Assembly (NCBI GenBank): GCA_965644315.1
Contig: CBFFRQ010000013.1
Coordinates: forward strand, 434,001 to 498,000
DNA from: Caecitellus pseudoparvulus
Taxonomy: Eukaryota > Protista > Bigyra: Bicosoecida
Reading direction: 5' to 3'
DNA: 64,000 nt
Shown here: piece after piece, positions 33,401 to 45,343 of the stretch
How the letters are laid out: every line of letters starts with the position of its first letter
Position numbering within the stretch: position 1 is the first letter of the stretch
Notes under the pieces: model-generated
Seen by the model: only the letters and a program-made list of their open reading frames with translations
Database searches by the model: none
What the model was told of the DNA's origin: nothing
Position numbers and translations under genes: made by a program

Positions 33401-36400
33401 GCGCCCGCCCCTGCAGCTTCTCTTCGATCGGCGGCGGCGCTGGGTTGGGCATCATCGTCTGACGACGGCGCTTGGCTTGCTTGGTTTGATTGCTGATGCC
33501 CAAGGGGGACAGGATACGGTCCATGACACTGCCTCGTCGAGCGCCTCTCCCACCACGTGCCCGCTTTGGGACCCTGCGAGCCGGGCCAGGCGGCTTGGGA
33601 TGACTGTGGCCAACGCCGGAAGCCTGCCCAGCATCGGAGCTGGGAGTGCGTGTCGAGGAGCTTGCTGACCGTACGTGCACCGACACCGGGCGGCTGGAAG
33701 CTCCAGGGCTCGTGTCGATGATGCGCACAGTCGGTCGCTTGGGGGCAGGGGCTCCCGCGGGAGCCCCTGGCGGAGCACCTGGGCGCCGAGGTGGAGGTCC
33801 AGGCCGTCGGCGGGCGCCACCGGGCACAGTGCCGACCCCTGCGCCTGGGGACGGCGACTCCGACTGCTCAGGGGACACGTGTGCCTGAATGGGGGGAGGG
33901 CTGCTTGGGAGGTGACTTGCGCTGCGTGCTGCCTGCCCCTCAATGGGCACCACACGGCGACTGCCATCACCTCGGCTAGGCATGCCAGCCGGCCTGCGGT
34001 GCACGTGCCCTGACACCACCGCACACAGCTTCCTGTACCAAGGTAGGTCTTCATAGTATGGTGTATCGTCAAACGCGTCGCTGATGAACCGCGACTGCCG
34101 GCGTTGAACGCCCCGCTCCTCATCCTCTTCAGCACGTCGGGTTGCAGCCACCCAGCCCAGGGTGGAAGATGCGCGTTGGGAGGCTGAGGACAGCAGAGAG
34201 GACACGCTCCGGCTCAGGTTGCGCTTTGGCTTTGCGCCTGGACCGTCTGCCGACACCTGCCGCTTGTGGTCAGGGCCAACCTGTTTCCCCGAGAGGTCGA
34301 TGCCTTCAAAGTTGCCAAGAAGGATGGCCAGGAACAAGTTCAGCACAATGAAGTTGCCTAGAACGACCAGAAGGATAAAGTACACCACCGCTCCACCGCC
34401 CACAGCTCGCCATGCGTCGTACATGACGGAGTTCCAGTTCTCCCCCGTCAGAATCATGAACACTGTGGCAATGGCGTTCGTCAGGTTGTCGAAGTTTGAC
34501 CTGGGCCGGTCAAACTGGCCATCATCGCAAGGCCCTTGGCCTGCCGAGGGCACTTGCAGCCCAGTGTCGGGAGCGAAGCAGAGCTGGTTCGCGAAGAATT
34601 GCATGCCCACTAGCGCGAAGATGTACATGAACAGCATCAGCAAAATTGCAAAGTTTGCGATGTCGTTGACAGTCTTCAAGATTGTCGTCAGCAGATTGCG
34701 GAGGGAGGGCCATGAGGCTGCCAGCTTGAACACGCGGAAGAGGCGGAAGGTGCGCAGGGCTGAAATGGCGCTGCTCTGGCCCGCCAAGTCTGCCTCCGGT
34801 GTCAGGAACGCAGGGGGGGTCACGATGAGCTCCACCAGGGACAGGACGACAATGGCAGCGTCAAACAGGTTGAATGCATCGCGCGCGTACTCTGGAGGGC
34901 CAAGCCCAATCAGCTTGAGGATCATTTCCAGCGCAAACAGCACCGTGCAGACAAAGTTGATGATCTCCAGCACATTGCTTTCATCTGTTGTGATGGGGTA
35001 CCGGTCAGCCGCCAGCACGCCCGTGTTCACAATGATGAGAGCCGTCACGCTGCCTGTGAACAGGTCGTCTCGCACGAGGCCATGCACCCACCGCCGGCAC
35101 CACCCAGCATTTAGCCACACTTCCCTTCGGCGCACCTCCGCCAGGCGGGTAGGGGGTGGAATGGCTTTGTTTGTGACCCACGAACCATACCGGCGCACGG
35201 CAGCGGAGCCAGAACTAGCTGCAGTTTCTACAGATGTGCTGGAGTCCGCGCGTTCAACGGTCTTGCCCTTGGAGGGCTGTGGACTGCTGCGCAGGCCATG
35301 CTCTCGCCTTGACGCCTTGATGGCTTGCAGCTTAGCCTGGGCTTCGTACAGCTCCGTTTCTCCAAGGCTGCGCGAGAGGCGCCCGAGGGCAGCGACGCCC
35401 TTGCTCTCGGCACCACGCCCAGCCATCGGAACAGGAGAGCCACCGCTCTTCAAGGAGTCCTTTCCAGGGGTGCTGCGCCCAGCCGTCTCCATGCGCTCGC
35501 GCAAATCATAACTCATGGTGGGGGACCGCCGCTGGGCGCCCGGATGGGCTGCAGCTCCACCGCCGCGTTTCGTGCCGGGGTCTGTGTTGGGAGGGGAGCG
35601 GTGAGCCACTGATGCACTCGGGGTCCCACTGCCCGTGCCAGCCGCCACAGCAGTGGTAGGCGGCTGAAGTCCGGCATGTGGGGCCGTCATGGGGGCCTCC
35701 TGATCACCATGTGAAGCATCTTGCTGCCGTGACTGTGCTCTCGCAGCACGGTTCTCAGGATCAGCGCTGCTTGCGCCAATCATGCTGAGGGGAGCCCCGC
35801 CGCCACTGGCGTCTGCGTGCCCACCAGAGGCGACAGAGTTATCTGTCGCCTGGGACGCAAAGCCAATGCCTGCCAGCTGCTGCCCATCTGGGTGGGCAGG
35901 TGCGGTCAGGTCCCCGCTGCCACCAGCGGGAGTGTCCACTCCTCCACTGGACGACGGAGTCTTGGTCCCAGACGGGAGCGGCCCTTTGACGTCTCCCGCT
36001 GCTTCAGCTACGCGTGCTGCAGCGCGGAAGTGTGCAAGTTTCTGCTGAGCTGCCTTGCGCTTGGCCGAGTGCTTTCGGGACTTCTTCTGCTCCTCTGCCT
36101 GCTCCTCACTCTGCCCCTTGGAGAAGTTGTCCCAGATAACAGCCAGCGTCAAGTTGAGCAGAAAGAAAGAACCAAAGAGCACGAGGACAATGAAATACGC
36201 CCCTGACACGACGGGGCTGTACACATCCATGGTGTGGTACATGATGGTCGTCCACCCTTCCAGCGTGATGGCTTGGAAGATGGCCAAGAGCGCGATGCCG
36301 ATGTTATCAAAGACAATGAACCCCCAGTTCAACGACTCCGCAAAGGTGCCCGCTTCAACGACTGACTCGGAGGAGAAGCGAGGGTTCCCTAAGAAGTCGT

Positions 36401-37964
36401 AGTCGCTGCCACACCAACGTGCCTGAGCCGCATTAGGACACCTGTGCAGCCCTGCTTCGCCGACAGTGCAGAAGCTTTCATCCTCTGGGTCCACGGGCCA
36501 GAAGCAAGGCTGAGGGGTTGACCAAGGAGAGGAGTCCTTGGTCCAACTGTCGTCTATGAGCGCTGCGCCTGGCAAGCACGGCTCGAACAAAGAGCTGTTG
36601 AGCAAGCTGCTCATGGACAAGCCCAGCGTCGAGTTCGTCAGCAGGGCTTCACTTCCAGCGCTAGCAGAGGAGTTGGCGATCAAGTCTCTGCAGGCATCAC
36701 TGTTAGGTTGTTGGCAGGCTTGCAGGCCATCACCGCCCACGAACTTGACCGGCACTGATGTCAGCCGACAGCGCGTGTGTAGCAGCCCAGCCCACAGCTG
36801 CAAGCCCAGAATGCCGAAAATGGCGAAGACAAACAGCAACAGCGCGACAACATTGAGCAAGCCCGGAATAGACTCCAGGAGGCTGGAGACCAGCAGTCGC
36901 ATGCCTGCAAGATGAGTGGATGGCGGGCGTTGAGGGCAGAGCGCGGCTTCGCAAAGCAGCGAGGACCACACTCACCTGGGAGGACCACCAGGCTTCGCAG
37001 CGGGCGCAGCACCCGGATGGTTCGCAGGGCACTGATGTTGGGCACGCCTGGGACGATGGCGATGAGCCTGTGGGCAAAGCGCGAAGGGAAAGTGACAGGG
37101 TCGCTGCGACGTCGGCAACTGCAGGCACCTTGACACAGCTGCCACGCACCCGCCCATGACGACAACGAAGTCAAGGACATTCCAAGCATCACGCAGGTAT
37201 GAACCCTTGCCCCAGACGAATCCCATGGCAGTGATCTTCATGAAGCACTCGATGGTGAAGAGGATCGTGAAAACCAGCTCAGACTCCAGCGTCACCCGGT
37301 TGCGCAGGGATGAGTCCGAGAGAGAGCCGTCCTTATTCACTTCGCTATAGTCAGGCAGTCCAAGGATGATGCTGTTGGCCAAGATGAGCAGTCTGAGCGC
37401 GAGGGTGGGGAGTGAGGTGCATGAGTCCCGCCTGGACGGTACGCAAACACAGGCGTCATCGCCCGTGCTCGCTGCAGTGGGTGATGACGTGCGGGACCTT
37501 ACGGGCCCCAAGCGCACAAAGGACGCCTGGCCTCCGCCGCGATGGTCCTCTCCTGCCGCGTGGCCAGCGTGCAGGTGACGTTGGCTGCGGAGGCTGCACT
37601 CACAGAACGAAACGCTCGAACCAAACCCACTGCGTGAGCTCAACTAGCGCTTGCCTAACCCTATTGTCGCGTTCAAGGCAAAAGAGACTTCGCTTCGCAA
37701 ACTGTGGGCAGCATCGCACCGGGGTTAGGCGAATGAGTGACCACCAGCGGCGTGCTTGAGCGGCGGGCGTTTCGCGCGCACCTTCACTGTCTTGCCGTGC
37801 ACTTCGTACACTGCGTAGTCCTCCTCATCGGACGCGGATGAGGACAGCGTACCCCGCCTGCGAAGTCGCTTCCCCTCCCGTTCAGGCTCTGCGTCGTCCA
37901 CCATTTCGTGCTGGCCTTGGGACACGCGAGCTGAAGAGCTATCGCTTGCCACCAACTCTGCCAT
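30438..37964 (-). CDS. Four-domain voltage-gated calcium channel alpha subunit (EEEE filter); about 5 exons
   Basis: Four S4 segments (e.g. LRALRALRALRPLR); pore loops ITLEGW, LTGENW, STTEGW, STGESW; EF-hand-like and IQ-like C-terminus; 5' exons joined by GT-AG introns. Confidence 0.93.
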
Positions 37965-38296
37965 GGTGGTGCAGCGCCGTTCCCGCACAGTCTGCCGCTG
38001 ATGCCAGAGGCTTCGCTATTGCAGCACGGGCTCCAAATCAAGGCGTTTCTCACGGCAAGGCAAAGCAAGCCTGCCAAAAACCTGCCGAACCTCAGGTCGG
38101 ATAGGCCAGTGGCGTTTGCATTTGCGGTGTGAATGTTGTCTTGCTGGGTCAGGGCGTACGCTGTGACCTGGCCATGCCCGAAGCTGCATCTAGTGCAGCG
38201 TACAGTGCTCAACGGAGCTGAACACTTGCCAGGTGCTTCCAGCCTGCTGCGATTCGTGCCAGGCAGCAGCTGGGAGGCGGGGGCAAAACTGCCGAG

Positions 38297-38947
38297 TTAT
38301 CGCAGCACACAGCGCCTGGCCGTCTCGCGACAGCTACTGCTACCGGCCCCTGCGGCCCAGAATTCGTTCACAACAGAGCAGTGACTCTTGTCGTTGGCAT
38401 GCAGCCGAGCAGCTCTGATGCGCTTCATGGCTGTGGCTGGGCTCCAATTGTGGCACTGCCCAAGTATGCACAATCCCATGATGACAGAGCGGCCCCTGCC
38501 TGCTTTGCAATGCACCAGCACACGACCATGGTGTGTTTCAGTCCATCCCTCCTGCTGCAGCGTCCTCAGTGCAAAATCTGTTCCTTCACGGCACTGCTGC
38601 ATGGTTGGAGCTGTCATATCCTGGCATGGCAGCCACAAGTAATCAAAGCCAAGCTTGCGAAGCTCTGCGGCATCGTGCTGCCACTCAGAGCACATGTTGA
38701 TGATTGCGACGACACCAGCCTGCCGCAGCTCTTCAAAATCGGAGCGAAAGAGGGGAACAGCGCCCACCATCAGTTTTGTGCCAGGCACAAGATCCCACAG
38801 CCGGCGTTGCGAGGGGATCAAGAGTGCCCACGCGCGTGCAAAGGCAACGGTGGGCCAGAAAGCAAGATAAAGGTACCACACCTTCAGCCATGGGAGGTCA
38901 TCAAGAAGGCGACGGAAGGCAGCCCACACCTTCGCACATGCCTGCAT
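38297..38947 (-). CDS. PTPMT1: PTPMT1-like phosphatidylglycerophosphate/dual-specificity phosphatase (ORF extends to 39115)
   Basis: AFWPTV (cf. FYPTL), GAVP, INMCSE, active site VHCKAGRGRS. Confidence 0.78.
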   Translation of the reverse strand: MQACAKVWAAFRRLLDDLPWLKVWYLYLAFWPTVAFARAWALLIPSQRRLWDLVPGTKLMVGAVPLFRSDFEELRQAGVVAIINMCSEWQHDAAELRKLGFDYLWLPCQDMTAPTMQQCREGTDFALRTLQQEGWTETHHGRVLVHCKAGRGRSVIMGLCILGQCHNWSPATAMKRIRAARLHANDKSHCSVVNEFWAAGAGSSSCRETARRCVLR

Positions 38948-39115
38948 GCCTTGCGGTAATTGACGCCAGACGAAACCACAGCCACTTGTGCTGCGCTTGA
39001 GAAGCGCAGAGCTGGCGTAGAACCCCGCCCGGGCGACTTCCTTAACTAAGCGATGGAAGGGGTGCTTGAGCACCAGGGGGATGTTGGAGAATGTAAACTT
39101 GCTGTCGTTCTGCAT

Positions 39116-41245
39116 TCAGGTCGCCGATTTGGCCTCTGGCCCGGCCTTGGCCTCAGGCTCCTTGGCCTTGGCCTCTGGCTCGGCCTTAGCCTCTGACTCC
39201 TCGGGCTCGGCCTTGGCCTCTGGCTCGGCCTTAGCCTCTGACTCCTCGGGCTCGGCCTTGGCCTTGCTACCAGGCGTCTGAGTCGCTGGTGCCTTCGCGG
39301 GAGAGGGCTTTCTCTTGGCTGCTTCCTCCGCAAGTTTCAGTGCTGCAGCAGCGTCCTGAGCTGCTTTTTCTGCCGCCACGGCGGCTGCTTTCGCTTGCGC
39401 GAGCGGGTCAGCAGCAGAAGCACTTTCGCGGCCCTCGGCCTGCTTAGTGCCACTGGCGTCTGCGGGCTTGCTCTTGTCCTTCACTATTTTTGCTGTTGGC
39501 TTCGTGGGCGGTGGCTTGCCCTCACCCTTTCCTGCAGCAGGCTTGGGGATGTTCCCCACTGCCTCTTTTACTCCCACGCGATCAAGCGGCACGGTTGATT
39601 CTGAGGCCTTGAAGCGCTGCTTACGCTTCGCGATAAGCGAGTCCCAGTATGCTTCGTCTTGAATCAAATGTGAGTTCCCTCCCTCCTTTAGCCAGGCATG
39701 CTCCGACTTGAGGTAGTCACTCTGCCCAGCGGACAGACCAGGTGCCGAGAGCGCAAGGTCAAGGAGAGCGGCATATTGCGGGTACATGTACATGCGTGAC
39801 CAAAAAACAACCTCAGCTGTCAGCACCTCGGTTTTACGTGCGTTGTCTGTGCCAAATTCTTGCTCCTTTCCGAATTGCATGCGGGACTTTGAGTACAGGC
39901 CGGCGGTGGCGTTGACGAGATCCTTGGCAGTATCGTCGAGCTGCAAGCCAAAGAGATCCTGCATGATGGTGAAAGCCATAGGTTTCAAACTATTATAGTG
40001 TACGTGCCACCCCGGTGGCACCGGGATACCATCCTGTTTCATCGAGGCTGCCGCTGCAATGGGCACATCGTTGAGGTTGGCAACGTATGCAGCACAGTAC
40101 TGCTTCTTGGACGCCACCCGCGGCTCGGTGCCGTTGCCAGCGAGTATGGCACGGACTTGGGGCTCTGGTCGCTTCTTTTGAGTGCGAGTGCAAGGCGGGT
40201 CGACGTCTTTGGGCAAGGGGCGCGCCCCTTGCATGCGAAACATGGACACCATGACATCCTCTGGACGCCGGAAGAGGTACACCCACGGAGTCTTGGGGAA
40301 GGTCTCCCACAGCATGCGCACGTAGGACGGGGAGGTTACCATTTGGAACTTCAGGTACAGGCCAGAGTAGCCGCGGACCCGCGTCATGGCGGCGAGGACG
40401 ACTTTCAGCGCCCGCGCTCGCTCATCTGGTGGCATGGCACCAGAGCGCAGGACGTCAAGGGGGGGCGGGCTCTCTGAATACACCAAGGCTGTCTTGGGCG
40501 CTGCAAGCATGTTTGCCAGCAGGGTGGAACCCACTCGCATTTCGTGCAGGATCATCCCAGAAGGACTCAAAGGCGGAAAGTCGTCGGCAAACTGACCAGT
40601 GAACTTGCCAGCAGCCTCAGCGGCAATCCACGGCTCCAACACGGCTGCAATACCAGCAAGAGGCATGACGAGTCTGTTCGTGGGCTTGTTGCATCGGCTG
40701 ATCTTCAGCATGTCTTGGAACATGGGCGTTGCAGCAGGCTCCTGTGCAAACCAAGGGGTAGCGACATGTGCCTCCACGTGGAGCGACGCACACAGCGACG
40801 CACACAGCGACTCTGGGGGCACAGCGCACTATGGATGTGTGACACAACAAAGACAACACCACATTTCGCCAGGCACACTGCCTGGTCTTACGGGGGTGTG
40901 CGCTGAGGCAGCAGCCAAGGCGAACAGCATGGCAGCGTTTCATCTTACATCTGCATGTTTTTCCCAGAGCAGCTTGCACATCACCACCGACGTGCTGTTG
41001 AAGTCACGCCCCATCAAGACACGAATGGGAGTGAATCCACCAGACAGGTCCTCTGCAGTGGGGTTGGGCAGCGTACGCGCTTGCTTGCCGCCCTTTCCCC
41101 TCTGGGCTCTCCCGCCGCCTGGTGCTGGTGGTCCGCTAGGCCCCCGTTGCAGCAGCCGCTGTCCCGTCCCCTCCACCGCTTCGGCTGTGCCAAGGCACAG
41201 TAACCATGCCACCAGACCACAAAGAGCAAGCTGCACACCTTTCAT
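39116..41245 (-). CDS. Secreted or luminal sulfotransferase-like protein with repetitive A/K/E/P tail; 2 exons
   Basis: Signal peptide MKGVQLALCGLVAWLLCLGTAEA; 5'-PSB-like HEMRVGSTLLANML, YSESPP, 3'-PB-like PWVYLFRRPEDVMVS, VHYNSL. Confidence 0.65.
39171..39260. repeat. Exact 45-bp tandem duplication in coding sequence (KAEPEESEAKAEPEA x2) within a degenerate array
   Basis: 39171-39215 is identical to 39216-39260. Confidence 0.9.
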
Positions 41246-41648
41246 GGTCTTGTGGCACTCCACAACCTGGGGCGAGGGCCTGTGGCTCTCAGCACAGGCC
41301 ACGGGAAGCGCCCCAGGTACACGCAAGGGCAGGGTCCCAGGGAAGGGTGAAGTGGGCGTGAGCCCCTTCAGACTGTGTGCATCATTCAGTGGTTGTGCGA
41401 TGGATGAGGGTGTTATTTTTTCCATGACCTCAGGCGACTGCACACTCTCCCTGCCAGCTTACAACCGCACAGCTCTCGACGCAAGCTGCGCAAGGACGGG
41501 GGCAAAACTGTACTTCAACAAAGGCGTCGCTTTATCACAACTTTCATGCTTCGGGTGCATGGCACTTCCTTCCAGTGCTCTGGATTCTCCACTTGCTTGC
41601 TCCGCTTTGCCTGGGCGCGTGCGGAAATCGACGCCTCGCGCAGTCAAA

Positions 41649-42374
41649 ATGGGCTGCACGGCAGGCCTATCTCTGTTTGTATTGGGAGTAGTGCTGGCCA
41701 ACTCTGCGCAAGGAATCCTTCAAGTTGACGTGGAGGGCTCAGAGCCCCAGTGCTTTTTTGAAGAGCTGCGGGGCGGCTCGACACTCAGTCTGGCGTGAGT
41801 GCGGCAGGGCGGACACAACTCGACGCAGCGCCTGACTCGCTCCCTTGGCTTTTGCAGGTGGGAAGTTGTGGACTCTGATGGCTGGTATGATTTATCGGTG
41901 TCTCTGCGTGCTTTAGATGGCGAAGGGGGATTCAACACACTGTACGAAGTTGAGGCTGCACTGGTGTCAGGGTCCAAGACGGTGGAAGTGATGCCAGCCA
42001 TGCACACGGCACAGTACGAGCTCTGTTTTTCAAACGACGGCGCCACGAGATCACGCAAGACGGTTGCATTCGACTTCTCTGTGGGCTCCACCTCAGCTAG
42101 CCTTCGAGACAGTGTGGGTACACTTGAGCACCAGGCAGCTGTGCAAAACGAAGTGACCAAACTTGCCCGTCGCCTGGCCAGCATCCAAGTAGAAGCAGCG
42201 CTCATGCGGCGACGTGAAGAAGAAGCACGAAACACCAACGAATCCACCAATGCTCGAGTGCAGTGGTTCGGCCTTCTGGACATCCTCATCATCGCCTTGG
42301 CCGGAGCTGCGCAGGTGTACTCTGTTCTCACCATGTTCAAGTCCAAACTCCCTGCAGGCACCGGTTGGTGGTAA
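41649..42374 (+). CDS. p24/emp24/TMED family cargo receptor (GOLD domain); 2 exons
   Basis: Signal peptide, QCFFEE, YELCFSN, RRREEEARNTNESTNARVQWF, TM, MFKSK tail. Confidence 0.88.
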
Positions 42375-42391
42375 ATGACCACACTCTGCAC

Positions 42392-44156
42392 CTATTTCCC
42401 TGCGGGCCGCGGGGGTGGCAAGGCTGTTACCACCCTGCTTCCGACTGGGCGCTTTGCCCTCGGCCCTGTAGACGCAGAAGCCACTAGCCCTCGGGCGCGC
42501 TTTGTGCCACGTGCCCCAGGCACTGGTGCTGCTGCAGGCGTAACAGTGGTGCTCCAGGGCAGCTGGCGCTGTGTCAGTTCAGCGCCCCCGGAACTGGCAC
42601 TGGCGCCCATGGTCTGGGGAGTTGGCATGCTCACGGTGCGGCTGAGCAGGGCCTGGGCTCGCTGGTCACTCATGCCGCAGTTATCGCAGGTGCCTTGACA
42701 CACATCCCCCGGAGGTCGCTCACCAAAGTACCCGATCAGGCTTGCGCGGCGACACGTTTTCTGTGGGGCAGCAGCAGCGGGGAGGCGGTGTAAAGCTGGC
42801 GTCCAGCAGACAGGCTGCCCTCGATCGCTCAACGCACACCGTCTTCACAGAATGCCTTCATGCGTTCCAACTTGTCCATGTTGCGCTTGATGACAGTGGC
42901 GTTGCGACGACCGCGACCCGGGGGCCTTTTGATGAGCTGGGCGACTTTGCTGGCATCTGGGGCACGGTACATGAGCACACACCTCGCAGGAGCACCATCC
43001 CGCCCTGCCCGGCCAGATTCTTGGTAGTACCCCTCCACGCTCTTGGCGATGGTGAAGTGCACGACATAGCGCACGTTGGCCCGGTCGATGCCCATGCCAT
43101 ATGCGATGGTGGCACATACAACATCCACCACGCCTGCTTGCCACGCAGTTTGGACAAGACTGCGCTGCTTGGGGGTCATGCCAGCGTGATAGAAGTCGGC
43201 CTTGAGGCCTTGCTCTCGAAGGGCCCGTGCCACCACCGCGCACTCGTCCTGTGTTCGGCAGTACACAATGCCGCACTGCCCCTTCATTCCCGGCTCCTCA
43301 AGCAGGCCAGCCAGCTGTTTCAATGCATCTGGCACCTTGGCAGCCTTGCGAACCACCTGATACAGCAGATTTGGTCTGTTGAAGGACTGAGCAAAAGCCA
43401 GCTTCGCGTGCCCGGCTCCGCCCAGCCGCAGCGTGCTGCTGACGTCCTGCTGCACAGTCGGAGAGGCAGTCGCTGTCAGCGCCATTAGCGGCACGCCTGG
43501 ATACGACGCTCGAAGGGAACCCAGCTTCACGTAGTCTGGGCGAAAGTCGTGTCCCCACTGGCTTACACAATGCGCCTCATCCACGACGAACCTCGCCAGT
43601 AGCCCTGCTGCGTTGAGCTTGGACAGGGCTTCCCCGAGCGAGCCGCTGGATGCAAGTCGCTCGGGGGTAACATACAGCAGCTTGCATGAGGGGCCGCCAG
43701 TGTCCACAGGCCTATGCAGCTCCCTCAGCACGGCTTTGCCCTCTGCTTCGGACTGGTCACTGGCCAGGTACGTTGCGGGGATGCCTGCCACACTGCGGTG
43801 CACAAGGGCCCTGACTTGGTCATGGATGAGGGACAGCAGAGGAGAGACAACAACTGTGACGCCAGGCTGGCAGCAGGCAGGAACCTGCATCGTGTAGCGA
43901 GTGGAAGCGCGCCATGTCCTTGCGCGACAGAGCGGCCGATGCAAAGCAATTACCGCGAAGGCTGTAGCCGGCGCACCTGATAGCAGAGGCTCTTGCCCCC
44001 ACCTGTTGGCATGATCACAAAGATATCAGGTTTATCATGTCTGAGAGCCGCCTTGATGATTGGTAGCTGCTCCCCTCGAAAGTCAGAGTAGCCAAAGAGG
44101 GACTTCAGCACGCTGCGCAGCTCAGCGTCAGAGCGAGCCGCTGCCATGCCAGGCAT
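42392..44156 (-). CDS. RecQ family DNA helicase (helicase core + Zn-binding RQC, no HRDC); 3 exons
   Basis: [73 protein letters not shown]...CDNC. Confidence 0.93.
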
Positions 44157-44401
44157 GCAGGCAGTCCCCCCCGCTGACGCCCAACACAGTGTTCACCAAA
44201 ACCGAATCAGGGTTGGGTGTCAATTTTACTTTGACACATGCTATTTGCACCCACCCCCAGCGGCTGCGGCTGACTTCAATCGCCAACGCCAAACCTTCAC
44301 CTTCCATCGTACGGTCGTGCAGGTTTTGGCCTCCTACCTGAACGCCTGCGGTCCAGCCAGCTCTTGCTCTTGCCCAGGGCACGTGCTCTTGCTTTTCCAC
44401 G

Positions 44402-45332
44402 ATGCCCACAGCGACAGCCCCTCGTATCGCTGTGGCAGGGTGAGTTCGGGGAGGTCGCTGGGACGCCTTCTGGCGAGCACTCCTTGCGCCACCCCATACG
44501 CTCCTACTTGCGCCCAGGAAGGACTATGACCCTGACGCGGTGGACTGGAACTTTAAGTGGTTGAGCTTGCTTGATTTAGGCGCGGCAGTCTTCCTGGGTG
44601 AGTACGCTGCTGCGGCAGACGGCCAGTGTGGAGCCTGGTGCTGTCGCAGCGACCTAGGCACGCAACAAGTCTTACTTCCCATAGGCATGAGCGGCGTGAA
44701 CTTCATCTTGGGGGTAGTCCTTGGATCATTTGATATTGCGCGCCTTGATAGGCTTGTGTACGGCGCGTATCTCGTGTAGGTGGCTGCGAAGCGCCCCGCC
44801 GCAGGCCGCATGGCATGGCCTGGTCACCCCCTTCCAACGCAGGGTATTTGCGCTCATCATTGCCATTACCGCGATTGCTTTCCTGTCCACGCTGCGGAAT
44901 TGGGCCAAGTTCTGCTACTCATGGACAGGGCGAGGGGCTGCCTTCATCTTCCTCGGCTTCTCAGCTCTCAGCCCAGGCAGCCTGATGTACCTCATCGTGC
45001 CCTGCATTGTAGTCCTGATCGGGGTGGTATACTGCATCTTGGGGTGCGCGTGCCCTATTCCGGTGCCTTTACCCTTCATGTTTGCCGCTGATCTCATCGA
45101 TGAGCACGAGCGCGAGAACCCAGGCTACATCGATGCTCGGCGAAAGCACAACGCCCGGAAGGCGCAGGCACGCCTGAACAAGGTGGCTCAAAAGAAAACA
45201 GAGGAACGCCAAGCGCTTGCCACGAGAGAGCACGACTTGGCGCGACAAGAAGCTGAGGCTCGGGCGAAAGCTGCTGCCGCCGCAAAGGAGAGGCAGTCCG
45301 TGGCCAGGGAGCGCAAGGAGGCGTTTGCGTGA
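44402..45332 (+). CDS. COPI-associated (TVP15-like) multi-pass membrane protein with coiled-coil tail; 4 exons
   Basis: Four hydrophobic segments; KFCYSWTGRGAAFIFLG motif; phase-compatible GT-AG introns. Confidence 0.65.
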
Positions 45333-45343
45333 GCAGCGTCGCA

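Noticed and set aside
37654-37663. CCTAACCCTA telomere-like 10-mer
   Set aside because: Lies in a Cav coding exon (NRVRQ) with no supporting structure
39111-39118. In-frame TGA-ATG junction between the sulfotransferase-like and PTPMT1 ORFs (readthrough or translational coupling)
   Set aside because: Better explained as a stop-fused AATGCA signal; PTPMT1 homology and a GCGGTAATTG element point to the ATG at 38947
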